Shown here piece by piece: positions 36,031 to 50,321 of a stretch of 64,000 bases of DNA. Origin of the DNA: Selaginella moellendorffii (taxonomy: Eukaryota > Plantae > Lycopodiophyta); contig NW_003314341.1 of the NCBI RefSeq assembly GCF_000143415.4, positions 646,394-710,393 on the forward strand. The letters run 5' to 3'. A program made the position numbers and the translations under genes. The notes under the pieces are model-generated. The model did no database searches. It was not told where the DNA came from and worked only from the letters and a program-made list of their open reading frames with translations. Within the stretch, counting starts at the first letter, position 1; the number at the start of each line of letters is the position of its first letter.

Positions 36031-39000
36031 CAAAGAGAGGATGTCACTAGCATGGATTTAAGATCAAGGCACTCCAAGCATCAGGATAAAAAATGAGAGG
36101 ATTGCTGTTCCCGGGCGTCGTCCATGTGACAGGCAGAAATATTCACCACTAACTACAACTTATTCATCTTTTAAAATTTTCTTATTTCTTCTTATAACTC
36201 AAAAGGACTTTATGCTCAGCTTCTACATCTTTTTTTGAACACCAACACCAAGACTAAGAACAAAACAAGTTGACTGCCAAGACAATCCAATTCTGTGGTT
36301 AGTCCTCGTCTCAACGTCAGCACTAGTGGGATGCTTTCTTGAACCATACTGGAAGATCGAGAATGACAACCTTTCTTTCCAGTCAAAGTTATGAACAACC
36401 TTTTCGTTACGAGTCCGCATTGCTTGATTCCAGCTTTGTCACTGGCATGGAAAACGGTGCTCTGACTCAATCTATCTTCACTCAAGCTATCTCCATTACA
36501 AAACAGAGTGTCTTGGAAAGCCCTAAATTTAGCTTGATCACGTGATCTCAGAGAGCATACATGCCATCCAAGTTTCAGCTCTTGACAGAACTGCTGTTGA
36601 TATATCAGCTCTACAGATTGACAAAGCACAAGGCTTCTAGCTTGGCTAGCTGCATAAGTTAATGTAGCTATAAAGATTGACAATAACGATTACATTTTCG
36701 CAAGTGGTCGAAACATTAGGATTAGGATAACTCTATTTTCCTCATTATACTGCCCACTATATGTATGTTCACTTACAAACCCTTTTACCTAATAATATAA
36801 GAACCTATAAATCTAACAACTTCATAAATCTCATAACTAATAAAAATTCAGCTTAATTGTATTGTAATTATTCTTAATAAACCAACTCTAGTAAACTAAT
36901 AACGCAAACCATTATAACAACATATACGAAATATTAAATAAATAATATAGTGAGTCTGAATAAAAACCTACAAAAGAAATAACTGATGAATAAACTCTTG
37001 TTAAAGCCACTTAAAAATACATATATTGTTACTGATAAAAACCCAGATTAAAAACTCAATTGAAAACCATTTTTGAAACCATACTATAATCAGGTCAATA
37101 AACTTGTTCCAAAACCAAATTTTAATCTTAGAAAAAAACAAGTATAAACAAAATATCTTCAATTTTAATAAAATATATTGAAAATACTGTTCATCATTTT
37201 ATGGTGATTTATCTTAAAAACTAACTTACAAATTAAAATCTAATTGTGTTTAGTAAACCATCACTAACCAGCTAAACAACACTAACCCCAATAATAAATT
37301 TCTCTAACTAGGTCAAGTTTCATATGTAAATTTGGAAACTACCTTATTTATGGTTTAATAATAAATTAATATTACAAACCATATATAAATCTGTCTATTT
37401 AACTAATCAATAAACAGTAGATAAACCTAAAAAATGAAATAAATTGATGAATAAACCACACTTTAAACTCTTCTTAAAACCACTTATGAATTCAGTAATT
37501 TTGATAGATATAAAACACCCAGAAAATCTCCTATATAAGATCACTTTTGGATTTTATAAGCTTATTGTCAACATTTTTTTTTTTGTAATGGAGCTACACT
37601 ACCACTCTGATAGTAAAGATGATTGCAGTATTTCTATTTATAGATACCCATTCATATATAGTAATATATAGTTATTTCCTCAGGCATGTTCACTCCAAAG
37701 TGGTCTTTGGAAAGGTTATGTAAAGATATCCAATCTCTCAAGTCAAGTATTGAAAGGAAATGAGCAAGTAAATCCAAGGTTGATAGAAATGTTAACATTA
37801 GTAGTTATTAGATATGGTGGTGGATGTAAACAACTAAATAGAATAATTTGATTGAAATTTAAATATAGAAGGAAAAGGTTTATGAATAAAAATGCTGCAT
37901 AAGTTAATGTAAAAAATGTTAAGATATTTAGGGTTAGTATCTTTGGGTTTGAATAGTGTTTGGTTATATGACCTCTTCTTTGACAAGATAGTGCCAAGGC
38001 ATAGGTTCTTAGAGAGTTAATAACATGGTGTCTAAATAAATACTCTAGAGTCCAAAAAATGATACATACTACTGCATCACTGAGGTAAGTAATTTTATAA
38101 CACAATTGAGCTTCCCTTCTAACTTCTTCACATATTTTGATTTTCCAAGGAAGTGCAAAGTTGGAGAAGAAGATACTCTCTGAGAAGAACAAGCCCACCA
38201 AGAAGAGCACACTAGTAGCCAAAATTATAAAGATTGAAATATAAGAAAAATAAAATAAAGTGATAATAAATAAACAAAGGAAGAGCATGACACTAATAAA
38301 ACACAAGAGCCCAAAGAACAAGAATTCAGACATTTACAAAAATTTTAATAACCTTGAGGAACAGCCAGACAAGAAAAAAAAGCTAAACAAGGAGCAACAT
38401 GAATACTTTTATCTTTAAATTACTTTTAATGTCAACTATTTTAGTTTATAACTAGTTTATCATTTCTATGGAAAAATACTATAGCAATGACCAAGGACAA
38501 AGAAGTAAAAAAGATTTTCAATAAAAAGAAAGCAAAAAGAAAACTGCTAGACAAAATGACATTTAAGCCTCCACCAAAAATACCCTAAGAAACTATCTTA
38601 ATATGGCAAAAATCAATCTTAGGAATGTGAAAGCAAATGATGAACTTCTTATAGGACATGGATATGAAAAGAGCAAGTGTTAAAGGCATATTTTAAGCTA
38701 AATAAAGTGTGGTGCAAGAAGTATATTCTAGATCTAATAATTACTCTGGATGAAGCTAGATAATAAGCAAGTAGCAATTGTTGTTGCTAGGAGGAGGCAC
38801 TCTTTGTGCCACTCATTGTTCTTACCCACTAGATATATAATTAACTGCTAAAGGACACTAATAAAATCATGTGTGTAAAGATGGGCTTGGTAACTATTAA
38901 CTATTTCAAGGCCGTAAGGTTGACATACACTTGAACAATTGAAATAAGGCTAACACCAATTCAACACATCAAGTAAGGGTCCATATACATGTAATGCAAG

Positions 39001-40224
39001 TAGTTAAGTTGCATGTGTTGTTCATAACAACACATGTTTCTTTCTTTAATTTAAATATAAAAAGGTTTTCATGTCTAAAATATATATATATTGTCTGATT
39101 TTTAACTTCTGAATATACTTTTTGAAACTCCCTAAATAATTTGAGCTAACATACAAAGAAGCAATTAGTGATATCACAGTACATGGAAAATAACTAGTAA
39201 CTTATTTTTGTGCTTTCAAATATGGGAAAAATTTACACATAGCATGTCATAAAATTAATTTCATTATTGTTCATAATCAGAATTGCCATTTCTTTACACC
39301 TTTTTATAGCATTAATAAAAGATCTTTCTTTCCATAAATTTTTCTCACTCATAAGATAGTTTTGATAATGGTTATTACAATTGTGGTTGATTTGGTCATA
39401 TAGCACATTTTTACTATCAGCCTTGCAAGCTTTACCACCATTTTTGTCATACTTTTTAATTATGTCATTAGCATCCTAATCAAACTAGTTTTGTTTCTAT
39501 ATTTTTCCTCATCCATGACAAATTCTTTAAGCTCATATAACTAGTGATTGTAACATACAACAAATCACTAATGGCAAATGAATGTGGTATGCTATTGGTG
39601 TGATTTCCACATCTAAAATGCTTATGAAAATGGTCATTAGGATCAGTCCACCAACTTACTAATGTGGGGTATTATAGATGTATAGTATATACCCATTCTT
39701 GCTAGAGGCACACATTAGAATAGACTTTTGAGAGTGTGCTTTTAAATTCTCCTTCTCTTAATTTCTTTAGAACAAAAGTTTTTAGTGGGTGATTTTTGTT
39801 ATGTAAATATTTAGTCCAGGAGTACAATTTTAGATTTAAAATGCACAAATTCACTACACATCCTTTAAGAGCACAAATGTGGCTCCGAAAGTAATTTTGG
39901 AAGTTTATGTTGCAATTAGTATGTTATAGATTTGTTTTGGGAGCTTGCAAAACATTCTGAACATTTTTTTGGGGTGGATATAAAAACTGATGTCTAGCAA
40001 ACAAATTTATTTTTATGACTAATCTTGTACATATATTAAACATATATTTCTCAAAAAACACAATTCTTAACTTGTGTTCCTACTGTGTTTTTTCATTTTG
40101 GTGCAATGTTTACAAGCTCTCGGTATACTGTTTTCCTATGACATTTTGTCAAGATAAAAAAAATAAGATGAGCTGAATTCTCCATTTTAGATCCAAACCA
40201 CTTCAAATATTATTTTTAATAATT

Positions 40225-40360
40225 GTAATTGTAATTTCCCATTTATTTAAGCTAGTAGCATTTGATCTAATGGGGCTTTTTCTGAAATTGACTACTAGCA
40301 ATGAGTATGTCATTATTATTTTTGACTATTTGACTCATTGGGTGGAAGTTCATGCTTTTT
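40225..40360 (+). mobile_element. Highly decayed integrase fragment of gypsy family A
   Basis: Aligns by eye to ~31385-31520 (GCATTTGATCTAATGGG...GCAATGAGTATGT...GACTATTTGACTCATTGGGTGGAAGTT). Confidence 0.75.
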
Positions 40361-40991
40361 GTTGTGAATGTGATTGTAAATATCGAAAGTTACTAATTGA
40401 CTAGTCCTTTCAAATATTTTTTCCTTACTACCACAATGGTAAAAAGTTGTTATTATTACACCCTTTATCGATCCCTCTTCTTCAAGTGTTAGTAAATTAG
40501 GCTTAGCATATGTACTTAGCTAGATAAACATAAGGTAAAAACTCCTACGAGTTTCTTGCTAAGTATACTAGGTTTGGCTCTTAGTTCTGCCTTTCACTAG
40601 TTTGACAAAAACTCAATACCTAGGTTATCATGCCTTATATATTAATTTCATTTGGTCCTATTGACTATTTATAGAAAGCGTCTAGATCTGCTGAAACATC
40701 TCTACAAAATGTAACAATTGTCTTGAATACAACAGTGTTATTCTCATGTCCAAATTCACAATTTAACACTATTTCATATTTAATAAGTTTTCATAATTAT
40801 CCTGGAGACTGGATCTGGGATTAAGGTGAAAACCCAGAGAGTGCATTCCTCTTTGGGGGGGAGTCCATATGTATAATAGGGATAGTGGGGTAGGTTGGGC
40901 ATGGAAAACCAATCTAAAGTATAGTCTAATTTTCACTTGCATGTCTATCCTTGTTTTGTATATGGCTTTGGTCCAAGTCTAAATTCCATAC

Positions 40992-42397
40992 TGTGAGACA
41001 CAAATCCATAAGCCCTAAAGTGGAGCCGAAAGTATGTCATATGGCAATGGTCAAAGTGGAAGTCCAATGAGCATAACACATTTGGTACAAAAGCTATAAC
41101 TTAGAAAGTCAAAAATGGGAGTGAAACTCCTAAAGAAGTGCTCAAGAAACAAATACAAAATGATCAATAAATGAGTCTCTAGAAAAGGACACATAAGGGA
41201 CTAATACATGGCAAGTGTAATGACACGTGAAAGTGTCAGGACCAAGTCCAAGATGGAGTTCAAGATGGAGTTTGAAAAGGTGTCTGAGAAAAAGTCTAAG
41301 ATAGAGTTTGAGAAGGAGTCTAAGATGGAGTCTAAGAAATACTCTGAGATGGAGTTTGAGAGGAGTCCGAGAAGGAATCTAAGAAGTTCGAGATGGAATT
41401 TGAGATGGAGTCTAAGAAAGCAATTATCCCCCAACGGAGAGAGGGGGGCTGGGGGTGGGGGTTCCAAAAGTATAATAAGGAGAGTGTAGGGGTGGAATTA
41501 GTTTGTTCAAAAAAGGCTAATGTGACCTATAAAGGTTATACCCATATAGTGGGTGATGATATAACTATTGAGAAGTCCAAAGCTAAAGTGAATACAGATG
41601 GACAAGCAGTGTAGCTTGGTGAAGTGTTCAAGAGCCAACTTTAGTTCCCTTGGAAGATTGAATAGTCAATGCTTTCAATCCAAATGTGGGTGGCACTACC
41701 TATTTGAATATCTAGCATAGATTAATAGGACCTCACTTTAGCCATATGGCTAGGGAACCTAAGGGCAAAAGGTAGGGAAAGTATTTATGAGGCTTGCGTA
41801 GAGCTATAGTGTATCTAAATGTCATTCCAAAGTCTCGGACTGTGAAAAGGAAGAAGAACAATCCTCTTGCATAATGACTAAAGGCATGGTGTAGTAAGGA
41901 AGTTTTAGAGATCAGTGGGACTTAGTGGTTCGACTTTTAAACCTTGACTTAATGGCAATGTTAGCAAGAATTGCCGTGAATAAAATAAGACTTAATAGAG
42001 ACCAAAGAAGGGATATTAAAGAAGGTTTCCCTATGTCTCCAAACATCTTAAAGATGCTAAAGTGTGGTCATAGGATGATTATTCGTGGATGAATGGCTCA
42101 ATTTTTTAGAGACCAGACTATAGTACAAGTTGTTTTAAACTACCAATAAGATAAAGGTGAATGGATATAGTTTTAGCATAACAGGCTGATATGTTAATAG
42201 TACCTTTGAGTATTTGTTGTGGGATCAAATATATAGAGCATTTGGACTAAATGCAAATGTAGAGTGGCATAGAGGCAATTTATAGGGGTAATAAATCCCC
42301 AAGTGGAGAATAATACTTATAAAGGTTGTGAGTGAGACTCCTTCAAGTGGTTTATGGTTAAATGATTAAAATAAAATGGAAAATTTAATCACTTACA
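40992..42397 (+). mobile_element. Solo LTR of family B (~1.4 kb) with 5-bp TSD CATAC
   Basis: TGTGAG...CTTACA termini, CATAC on both sides; homologous to 1139-2281 plus inverted 29841-30204; transcriptional strand not determined. Confidence 0.92.
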
Positions 42398-42509
42398 CAT
42401 ACCATGTTAGTTGGTGTATCTTCATATTCTATTTGGTTTTGTTTTATATGTTAATTTTGGCATTAGAATATTAAATACTCTAGAACTATTCATATGTCAC
42501 TCTATGCTC

Positions 42510-44074
42510 TTATCCCTTCACTTTTTGGGTTGAACAATAAAGAATCACTCTATACTTCGGTTTTTTTGCTCCTTGGCTCCTCCATTTCATCAGTCCCTCA
42601 CAATCCTCAAGGTCGTCTTCACTTTCTAATATCGGTTGAAAGTAGTCTTCTATACATCTCTTGAGTGAAGTTCTGGTGATTTTGCTGGCAAGCAAGAAAT
42701 ATTTCTTCTCCAAGAGTAATAGTTGATTGTTTTGTTTGTAAGAAGAGATTATCATACAAAAAACGCGTACCTGGTTGGCCCCATTATACAGCAACTCAAG
42801 GCACCGAGTTAGTGAGAAGATTAGCCTCAGTATCATCCTGCTCACTGCCTTCTTCCTTCCCACACAATCTTCTAACCCGTGAGTGGTTTCTCAGCTTAGT
42901 CATTATGCACACCCTGTATGCTAGCAATCAGACGCGGTTTAGATGATAAAAAGGCAAAAACTTACTTGTCAACAGCTTCCTCTCTACGAGCTAGCATGAT
43001 CATGATGAAAACCGGGACTAAAGCCGCTAACAAATGCTTCAGTGTGTGGCCGCTTACCAAATGGCCTGTCCAACGGTAGATCTGATTGTCTGAAGCTTCT
43101 GCAACCTTTGCTAGCAAGTAGCAGCCTGCAAAAACCAGTGTCATATATATGATAGAATCGTTACAAAAAAATAAAAAAGAGAAAAAAGACTACGAGAGTG
43201 AAGAGCTTAATCTTACCAGCAGCCCACAACCAGTATAAGGAATGCGTGTACTGTGGTGGCATAGTAAGTGTCATGACAGGAATCGCTATGCAAGGAACGA
43301 ACTGAACCAAGGCATAGGGCCGCAAATCGTCAGCAAACCTGAGTAAAAAATAAAATATAAAAAATAAAAATGCAGCCATCTTACACTGAGTCACAGTATC
43401 ATGTCAAGCCATACCTCCAGTAAGCGACGCTCAAGGCTCCAGCGGCAAGAAGTGGAAAAACCGACGCCTTCCCAGTTCGATCGTCTACTCTCTCGATGAC
43501 GAACACGGCCATGATAGCAGTGAAGGATATCGTCATCTACAATTCAGAAGAAAAAAAAAAGAGCAAGTGAAATATAAGAGAGAAAGAAGCGTTATAGTCA
43601 CCGGCAGCCGATCCCAAACTAGACGGGAATCGTCAGGATGGAGATGGTAGTACGAAGATCCAAATGCGGTCGCTGCAACGCCAAGGAAGAACCAAGTCCA
43701 TCCCAGGACTTCCCCTTCAAGGCTGCCAAAACGTTATAGTAGAGGCTCAAACACAACGAACAAAGAGAAAAGAAAGAAAATGAGAGCTATACCTCAAACG
43801 AAAGCTTCGCCCTTGCAGCGTCAACACCATTCCCACGGCGCCAATGACGAGGAATGGGAAATTCGACACAACATTCAAAGCGTTGGGAATTCCTATCGCA
43901 CGCAAACATGGGAATCAGAGACAAATTCCCAGCTTTGTATCGCTTACCAAGCATTGCGCGATGATCCGCAAAGTCGTGGTAGTCTTGATCCTGTGGAATC
44001 CTGGGCGTGACTAGCATCAGGAGCAAGAAGAGAAGAAGCGCCGCGACCCACAGCAGCGCCTTGCTGCTCGCCAT
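42510..44074 (-). CDS. Multi-exon alkaline ceramidase-like / SAG18-like membrane protein (CREST superfamily); 3' end uncertain
   Basis: PQDQDYHDFAD, IPNALNVVSNFPF, GSSYYHLHPD..RLVWDRLPM, DDLRPY..VQF, SGHTLKHL with GT-AG introns. Confidence 0.85.
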
Positions 44075-45899
44075 TTCAAGGGAAGAAAAATAGCTTAGGG
44101 CTCGTTGTTGTGATAAAAGATAAATAAGAACTTGAAAGGATCAATGATTGCGAAAAACTTGTGATGGAGCCTTCGTGATCGCACCTCCTGAGAGATCAAT
44201 CGATCGATCCTACCTGTAGCATCTGGTGGACATTCCCACATGTTCTTCGACAGCGGCTCGAACCAAGTCACGGTATTTTAGTGGACGGTGGTTCGAAAAA
44301 CTTCAGATTCTGGATCGAGAAGCCTGCAGGCGCATTCGACTTTGAGAACCAGGGATGGCTTTCTCTAAATCTGAGGTTTAGTTTTGTGCAACGATGTGTG
44401 CTTTCTTCGATTCCCTTGGCCATCACCTGGAAAAAGAAAGCAAAGTAAAGGCTGCGAAGATCTGCTGACCTTGGAAAGCTTGGCACTCCATCCTGCATGA
44501 GGATGGCAGCTTCCGCAGGTCTTCATCATGTAAGTTTTCCAGATAACCGACGTTCGAGCTTCTTTACTTTCCAAGGGGAAATTCTACAGCTCGAGCAAGT
44601 AGGTGCCGGCCAAGGGTATGGAGCGGAGTCTGAGATGGAACAAGTTGTGCGCTGCTTTGGTCCTGCAAGCGGCGAGGAACGAAGCCCAGGATAGTGATCC
44701 TTGAACGTTTATCTCGAATGATTTGAGCATCCAAGCAGCTCTCTAATCTGTGACATCATCCCAGAGATCAAACAACACTGTCGCTCGCTCTAGATCCCAC
44801 CTTTCAGGGATGCTATCAAAAGTTTTCATGGCTAGATTGCGGCGTTCATAGACGACGTAGAACGAGCACATGTTCGTCATCGTGCTTGTGCTCTTCAATG
44901 GCTTTTCATCGGATGCCCAGTCGAGGAGATAGCATCGTGCTTTGGAATCACATCAAAGAACTCCTTCATTGCTTGGACGTCACGAGCTGTGGTCTAGTGA
45001 TCATCGAATTCATGGCGACTAGATGCCAGGCCTTGCAATGGTGGTAGCATCCGAGCATGGTCCTCGTTGCGCTGCCGCATTCTCGTAAATAAGAGTCTTT
45101 GCGTCGGATGCATGCGTACGTGGTCCATGCTGGTAATCTATAGCTTTCCAAAACTTGCGACAGCGATTGGTGCTCACCATGGCGTCATCGTCGTCCGGGG
45201 CAGCGTCGGCAAAAAATCGAGGAAATCAGGGCATGCCCTCGATCTTAGGCTTCTTGTGCTGATCGCCGTCAGCTCCAGCTCCAAATTCCGCGCTACTTAC
45301 GATCCGGCTCGCCACCGGCATTGCGCCTCCTCCATCCCCACACACGTTAAGGGTTCTGGATATACCTGTCCCATTCTTCCCTCTACTATAGCTGATCTTA
45401 CATTGCGTATTGGAGAGTGACGAGGTTCTCCTTTTCTAGTTCAACGTCGTGTCTTGTTCTTGGACAAACTTTGATGGTAAAGCTTTTTCTCCACGTCAAT
45501 AACGGTGGCCATTGTGTTTGCTTGCTTGTCTTTGTTTTCTTAAGTTTTAGATCACGATTGTTGGACTGGAGGAAGAATCATATGCAGGTTTCCCAAGGGG
45601 TGATTTTCCATGCCTTCTAAATGGCATGGTAAGCTTACAATTGTCTCTTGTAATCTTTGTGCTCTAGCTTGGTGTGGAACTTTTGGAGAGCGTGGGAATT
45701 TAACTGTCACACTCCGGAAGAGTCTTCTAAGTGTACACTTTGTTTTATCTTGTTCGTTCTCTCTTAAGTTTTTCCTAGCATTTTGACATCTGGGTTATAA
45801 GAGGCCAGTGGAACTCTCTAGAGTACACGAGAACGAAGTTGTACTGCTTTGATTTTGTTCTGGGTGCAGCTTCATTCCTTTGCTTCGCTTGGTGTTTTT

Positions 45900-48800
45900 C
45901 TCGACAGACTGTTCTTAAATTTGGTTTCCTTGAGTGATCCAAAGCGTTTCTGTTTGAGTCTTGTTACAATTGCAAGCTCTGCCTATCTCTGCCTAGCGCG
46001 TACTGGAAAATGCGATATCTAGCCAGGATTCTGGCAAATTCGACAGGCAAAGTGGTTTCTTTCTTTCGTTTTTCTCAATCAGCGCTTAACCTTTGCCGGA
46101 TACATTGAGGCATTTTGTGACGCTTGCTCGGACCACAGCAAATCCGTGAAGCTGCAAGGAGCTTGAGTATAGCAGAAGCAGTGATAAACACCATGACCCC
46201 TGGTAAGACATGCCTGCTGTTCTCTCGTTCTCAGTCATTGTTTCTGTAGAAGAACCTGAGCTTCTTAAAATAAGCATATATCTGTTCTCTATTCTTGCGG
46301 GTTGTCCAGCTTATATCTCAACTATACCAATGCGTGCTCAAATGAGGAACTTGGCAGTGAAAATGCAGGGCAGAAAGATGCCAGGACTGGGAGACCTCGA
46401 GGAGCTAAGCAAGAAAGGCAAATCGGAGTGCCATTGGAAATAAACGAGGACAGAGTAAGAAAAGGAAACATGATCTCATCTCTATTAACCAGATATGGTT
46501 TGTGTGATGGAGGTATAGCTCAGCGGTAGAGCAATCGGCTGCAGTCCGATAGGTCACTAGTTCGATCCTGGTTACCTCCTTGAAATGAATGAATTTATGG
46601 AGGATTCTACTGGGCGATGAAGAGATTTTTCAGGTAATTTGTCTCTAGATTTCTGGTCTCACATCTAGATTCTGACAATCAATGTAGGTGGATCAAAGGC
46701 AGAAGCTCATTGAAAGCCTGTTTTATCACGCGTGATAGTTTTTCTTTCTGTCCTCACAGGAGGAGAGTGCCTACTTTTGATTAAAAAAAATTGGAAGTTC
46801 CTTTGGTACCCGGTACTAGTGATGAATTCTCAAGAGAAAACTTTGATGAGAGCTAACGGAAGAAATTGCTGGAAGCTCTTGGTGACGACGGAGGCTCGAA
46901 GAAAGGCGCTTGGGCAGAAGCTCAAGCCAAGTGAGTGATCCCAGAGGCAGTATTGGACAACCAAATGCCAGTACATGGATATTGTTCTCTTCTTCGAAGT
47001 GGTGAGATATGATCGTGAGTTTCTTTTGTCAACTCGAATTTTAATTGATTTCTTGCAGGGGAAGTTCTATGAGAAGTCGGGCACAAAGAGCTCGACTAGT
47101 TGGAGACAGGTAAATGCGTATTGCGTCCCAAATTTTAGGCTTCATCTTGTGACAGGTTGGAGTGCGTGAGAGTGGAATTGAAGACGCTGTTCAGAAACTT
47201 GTAGCGCTACTACAAAGTCGTGTTCTGCTTTTAACTACTGGCAAGCAATAAGAACCTTGATCCTGTGCAAAAGAGATACGAGAGCTCCCAACGTGGTCAT
47301 AGCAGCGTCTTTAGCTCTAAAACAGTGGCTGGTTCAGGGAAGTCAGAACTTGGATGCAAAGGTGTAAGAAACCAATAGTAAAGACGCTGCACAACATCAT
47401 TATACATCATAGTCTAGACTACAGACCAGGACGATCATAGCGTTGAAACACTCGGCAAGAGACCTCCTATTTCGTAAAGCACCTCTTGAGGTGCTATCTG
47501 CAATTTACATGCGTCCGTGAGCTACCTGAACAAGCTTTCTCTACCATCTGCGGCTCAGATTATCAGAAGTCCAAACACTTATGAAAACTTACGGCCACTC
47601 TGTAGCTAGGGACGCGGAGATATATAATGGCGTTCTCTGTGCGCATGAACTATACCGGGGCTTTATGAGGCTTGACGGTCAGACAATAGCCAGCTTAGAG
47701 TTGCTTGGGCTGGTAGGTTAAGGGTGTGAGAGGCGTGCGAAAATATTATGCGTGATTGTGCAGGAAGCCTCATAGGATACCTTGACAGCTGCGCGACTGC
47801 TTCCACTTCAAGACATCAAAGCTATAAATCATCGGCTAGATTCAGTCGAGGAGCTTCTGTGCAATCCCGAATGTGCTGCTGAGTTGGGAGCATTACTCCG
47901 AAAGGTGCCAGATCTAGAGCGACTCAGTGCCCGCTTACGGGGATTTCCTGAGAGTTCTTTCGCTGAAGTGTTACTACCTCTTGCATTTCAAGTTTCAAAT
48001 ATGTTTGTTTTCTTTTTGCTGACCCTGTTCAACTGAGCTGTAGTTGAAGACATTGTGCTGCTGTTTCGGGATTTCTGCGTGCTTACCATGCCGAAGGCAT
48101 GTCTTCTACGTTGAGCTTGTTAGCTATTAAAGTCGAAGAGCAGCACCAAATGTGTGCAGAGCATTTCTCTCACGTCGTGTTTGGCCGCAGGACGAGGACG
48201 AGGAAACGCAAAGAAAGACTTTGAGCTGGATGATACTCGAGTTTAACAAGCATCAGCGCCACTGGACAGCCAGTGTTGATGCATTGAGCACTTTGCCTTG
48301 GTAAGCCTCAAAATGGGAGGGAAATCTACATTGCTCAGAGCAACGTGTGTGGCTACTCTCATGGCACAAGTAAGAAGTTCCCTTACTTTTTTGCCTTTAG
48401 CTTCTTTCTTTTCATTTTTCCTTTGCACAGCTTGGCTGCTATGTTCCAAGTGAATGGTGCATCCCTCGTCGAAGAGGATGGACCCAGCTTCTGCGCATTC
48501 GACCATGAATGTGCCTAATTGGCATAAGTATATCGGTCCTGAATAAAAGAAAGTAATATGTAGCTTACTCTCGCCAGACATGACTCTATCACGAGCTCCA
48601 ATACGAGTGAATATGGTGGCCATGCAACTAGCAACTCGCTGGTGATCCCATGCGTCTTGAAAGATGAATACAATCAAAAGCGTTAGGACGAGCTTGGCCG
48701 GGGAACCTCCACTTTGATGGTTACGCTGTAGCTTACGCGGTGAGTTGAATTCAGCTTTTATCTTCTCGGCTGAGTGAAAGCTTATAAGAGCTTGTTCTTC

Positions 48801-49140
48801 GCGGCAGGTTTTCCGGCATCTGGTGGAAGCAGTGGGATGCACGCATTACCACCCGCTGACACAGGAATTCTCTGGGCATCCACCATGCTCGTCTGAGAGC
48901 AGCTCCAGCGACAGGCAACTGGCGTTCTTGTACAAGCTGAGGGCCGGCGCCAGCCCTGCGAGATTTGGCCTCCAAGTAGCTCTTCTCGCCGCGATTCATC
49001 GACGCTGCGAGAGGTGCTAGCGAGCTCATTGCTCCGCGGCTTCGAGGTGGCAAGCTAAATTGTTGGCTGCGACGGGTTTTCTCCACGGCCATGGACAGCG
49101 AGAAGATTACAAGTCGTTGCTAGGCCTGTGAAGCCAAATG
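45900..49140 (+). pseudogene. MSH7: MSH7 (plant MutS-gamma) mismatch repair pseudogene; 5' boundary approximate
   Basis: QYW..K.QYMDIVLFF.VGKFYE, GHKELD*, MRLDGQT, PDLERL, GGKSTLLRATC, LGCYVP, DELGRGTST; deletions, stops and an internal inversion. Confidence 0.85.
46509..46580 (+). tRNA. tRNA-Cys (GCA)
   Basis: Full cloverleaf: acceptor GGAGGTA/TACCTCC, D arm GCTC/GAGC, anticodon stem ATCGG/CCGAT with loop CTGCAGT, T arm with TTCGATC, U73; T-run ~45 nt downstream. Confidence 0.92.
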
Positions 49141-49180
49141 CTTAGTACTACTATGGAAAGAAAAACTTTCTCCAGTAGAT

Positions 49181-50235
49181 TCATACTCTGCCATCCATGC
49201 CGTCTAGAGCACCACGCCACATACCACTGACTGGCGGGAGCTGCGCAACGAGAGCACTCCACGGAGGAAATCCCACACCGCTGCCTCTAACTCGTCCGTC
49301 CATTCTCAGTGACAAGTAGACTGGCTTGTCCTCTGGAATGTTCGCAATCTTCTTTTGCTCGCTCAACCATCTGTGGACAAAGTATATCATCAACTAAAGG
49401 AAAAAAAAAAACAGAATCGAAACTTACTTTGTCCATTCAGAGGTGTAGATTGGAAGCACGATCCATCTCCGAGCTGCCGCTGCTGAATCGTCATCTTTTG
49501 CCTGTGACTTTTGGGCCTGAAAGGAAGAACTCTGGGATTCTTCTGTAGACGCTGCCGGTGGTGTTACAAACGGAACCAGCGTCACACCACGTTCTAGCAG
49601 CTGCTCCTGGAATGGTAGACTGAGCTCCAGTGCTTGATCAACATGGGACTTCGGGCCGGCAATTATGACGAACCTAGCACTTCCTCTCATTTGTTCCAGC
49701 GTCGCGACTCGCTTGTTTCCCAGCTCAACTCTCAGCGAAGCCAGTGATTCCTCCCGGCTCAGCTTGGCGAGTTGCAAGTCTCGAGCCTTGGTGTCGGACC
49801 GGTAGAGCAGCGCAAATACCACGATGGCGGCCACGTCTATTCCAAGACCTTCCAGCACTTGACCGAGCGATGCGTTGTTCTCGACTGTTGCATTAGGAGA
49901 GTTCGCGAGCGCAGCAATGAGCCGTGGCAAAGCAGTCAGTGCCGCTATGGTTGCACTCGCCATCAGAGCTGGGTATAAGAACAGCCTCAGTGAACGGAAT
50001 GGAGAAATGACCTCCTCTCTGATCCTTGCTTCTCGACTGGAATTGTTTTCCACGGTGAGTAAACTACAAGCATTTTGGAAGTCGCTGCTTACCTGATGCC
50101 TCGCTCGTCCTTGATGCTGCTGCACTGGAAATGTATTTTGCTGCGTCGGCTTAGTGTCTTCTCGCCATATTGCTGCAATTTCCAGCGCCAGCAGCCACAG
50201 CTACGGCTGCTAAAAATGTGTGGAGAACGCAACAT
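49181..50235 (-). CDS. LOW PSII ACCUMULATION 1-like (DUF3493) chloroplast protein, ~3 exons
   Basis: Transit-peptide-like start; EVISPFRSLRLFLY, LSREESL, VYLSLRMDGRVRGSGVG.PPW, DGMDGRV*. Confidence 0.88.
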
Positions 50236-50321
50236 TTCTCCAGCGATGCGATAAGACGCCGCCCTGGAAACTGCTTTATAAAATCTCAAGTGTGACTCGG
50301 CTAAAAACAAATGAAGTACCG

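Noticed and set aside
37743-38333. 196-aa hydrophobic ORF
   Set aside because: Composition artefact of A-rich decayed repeat DNA
40360-40734. TGTTG...CAACA-bounded segment as a further LTR
   Set aside because: No second copy, TSD or clear PBS in the window
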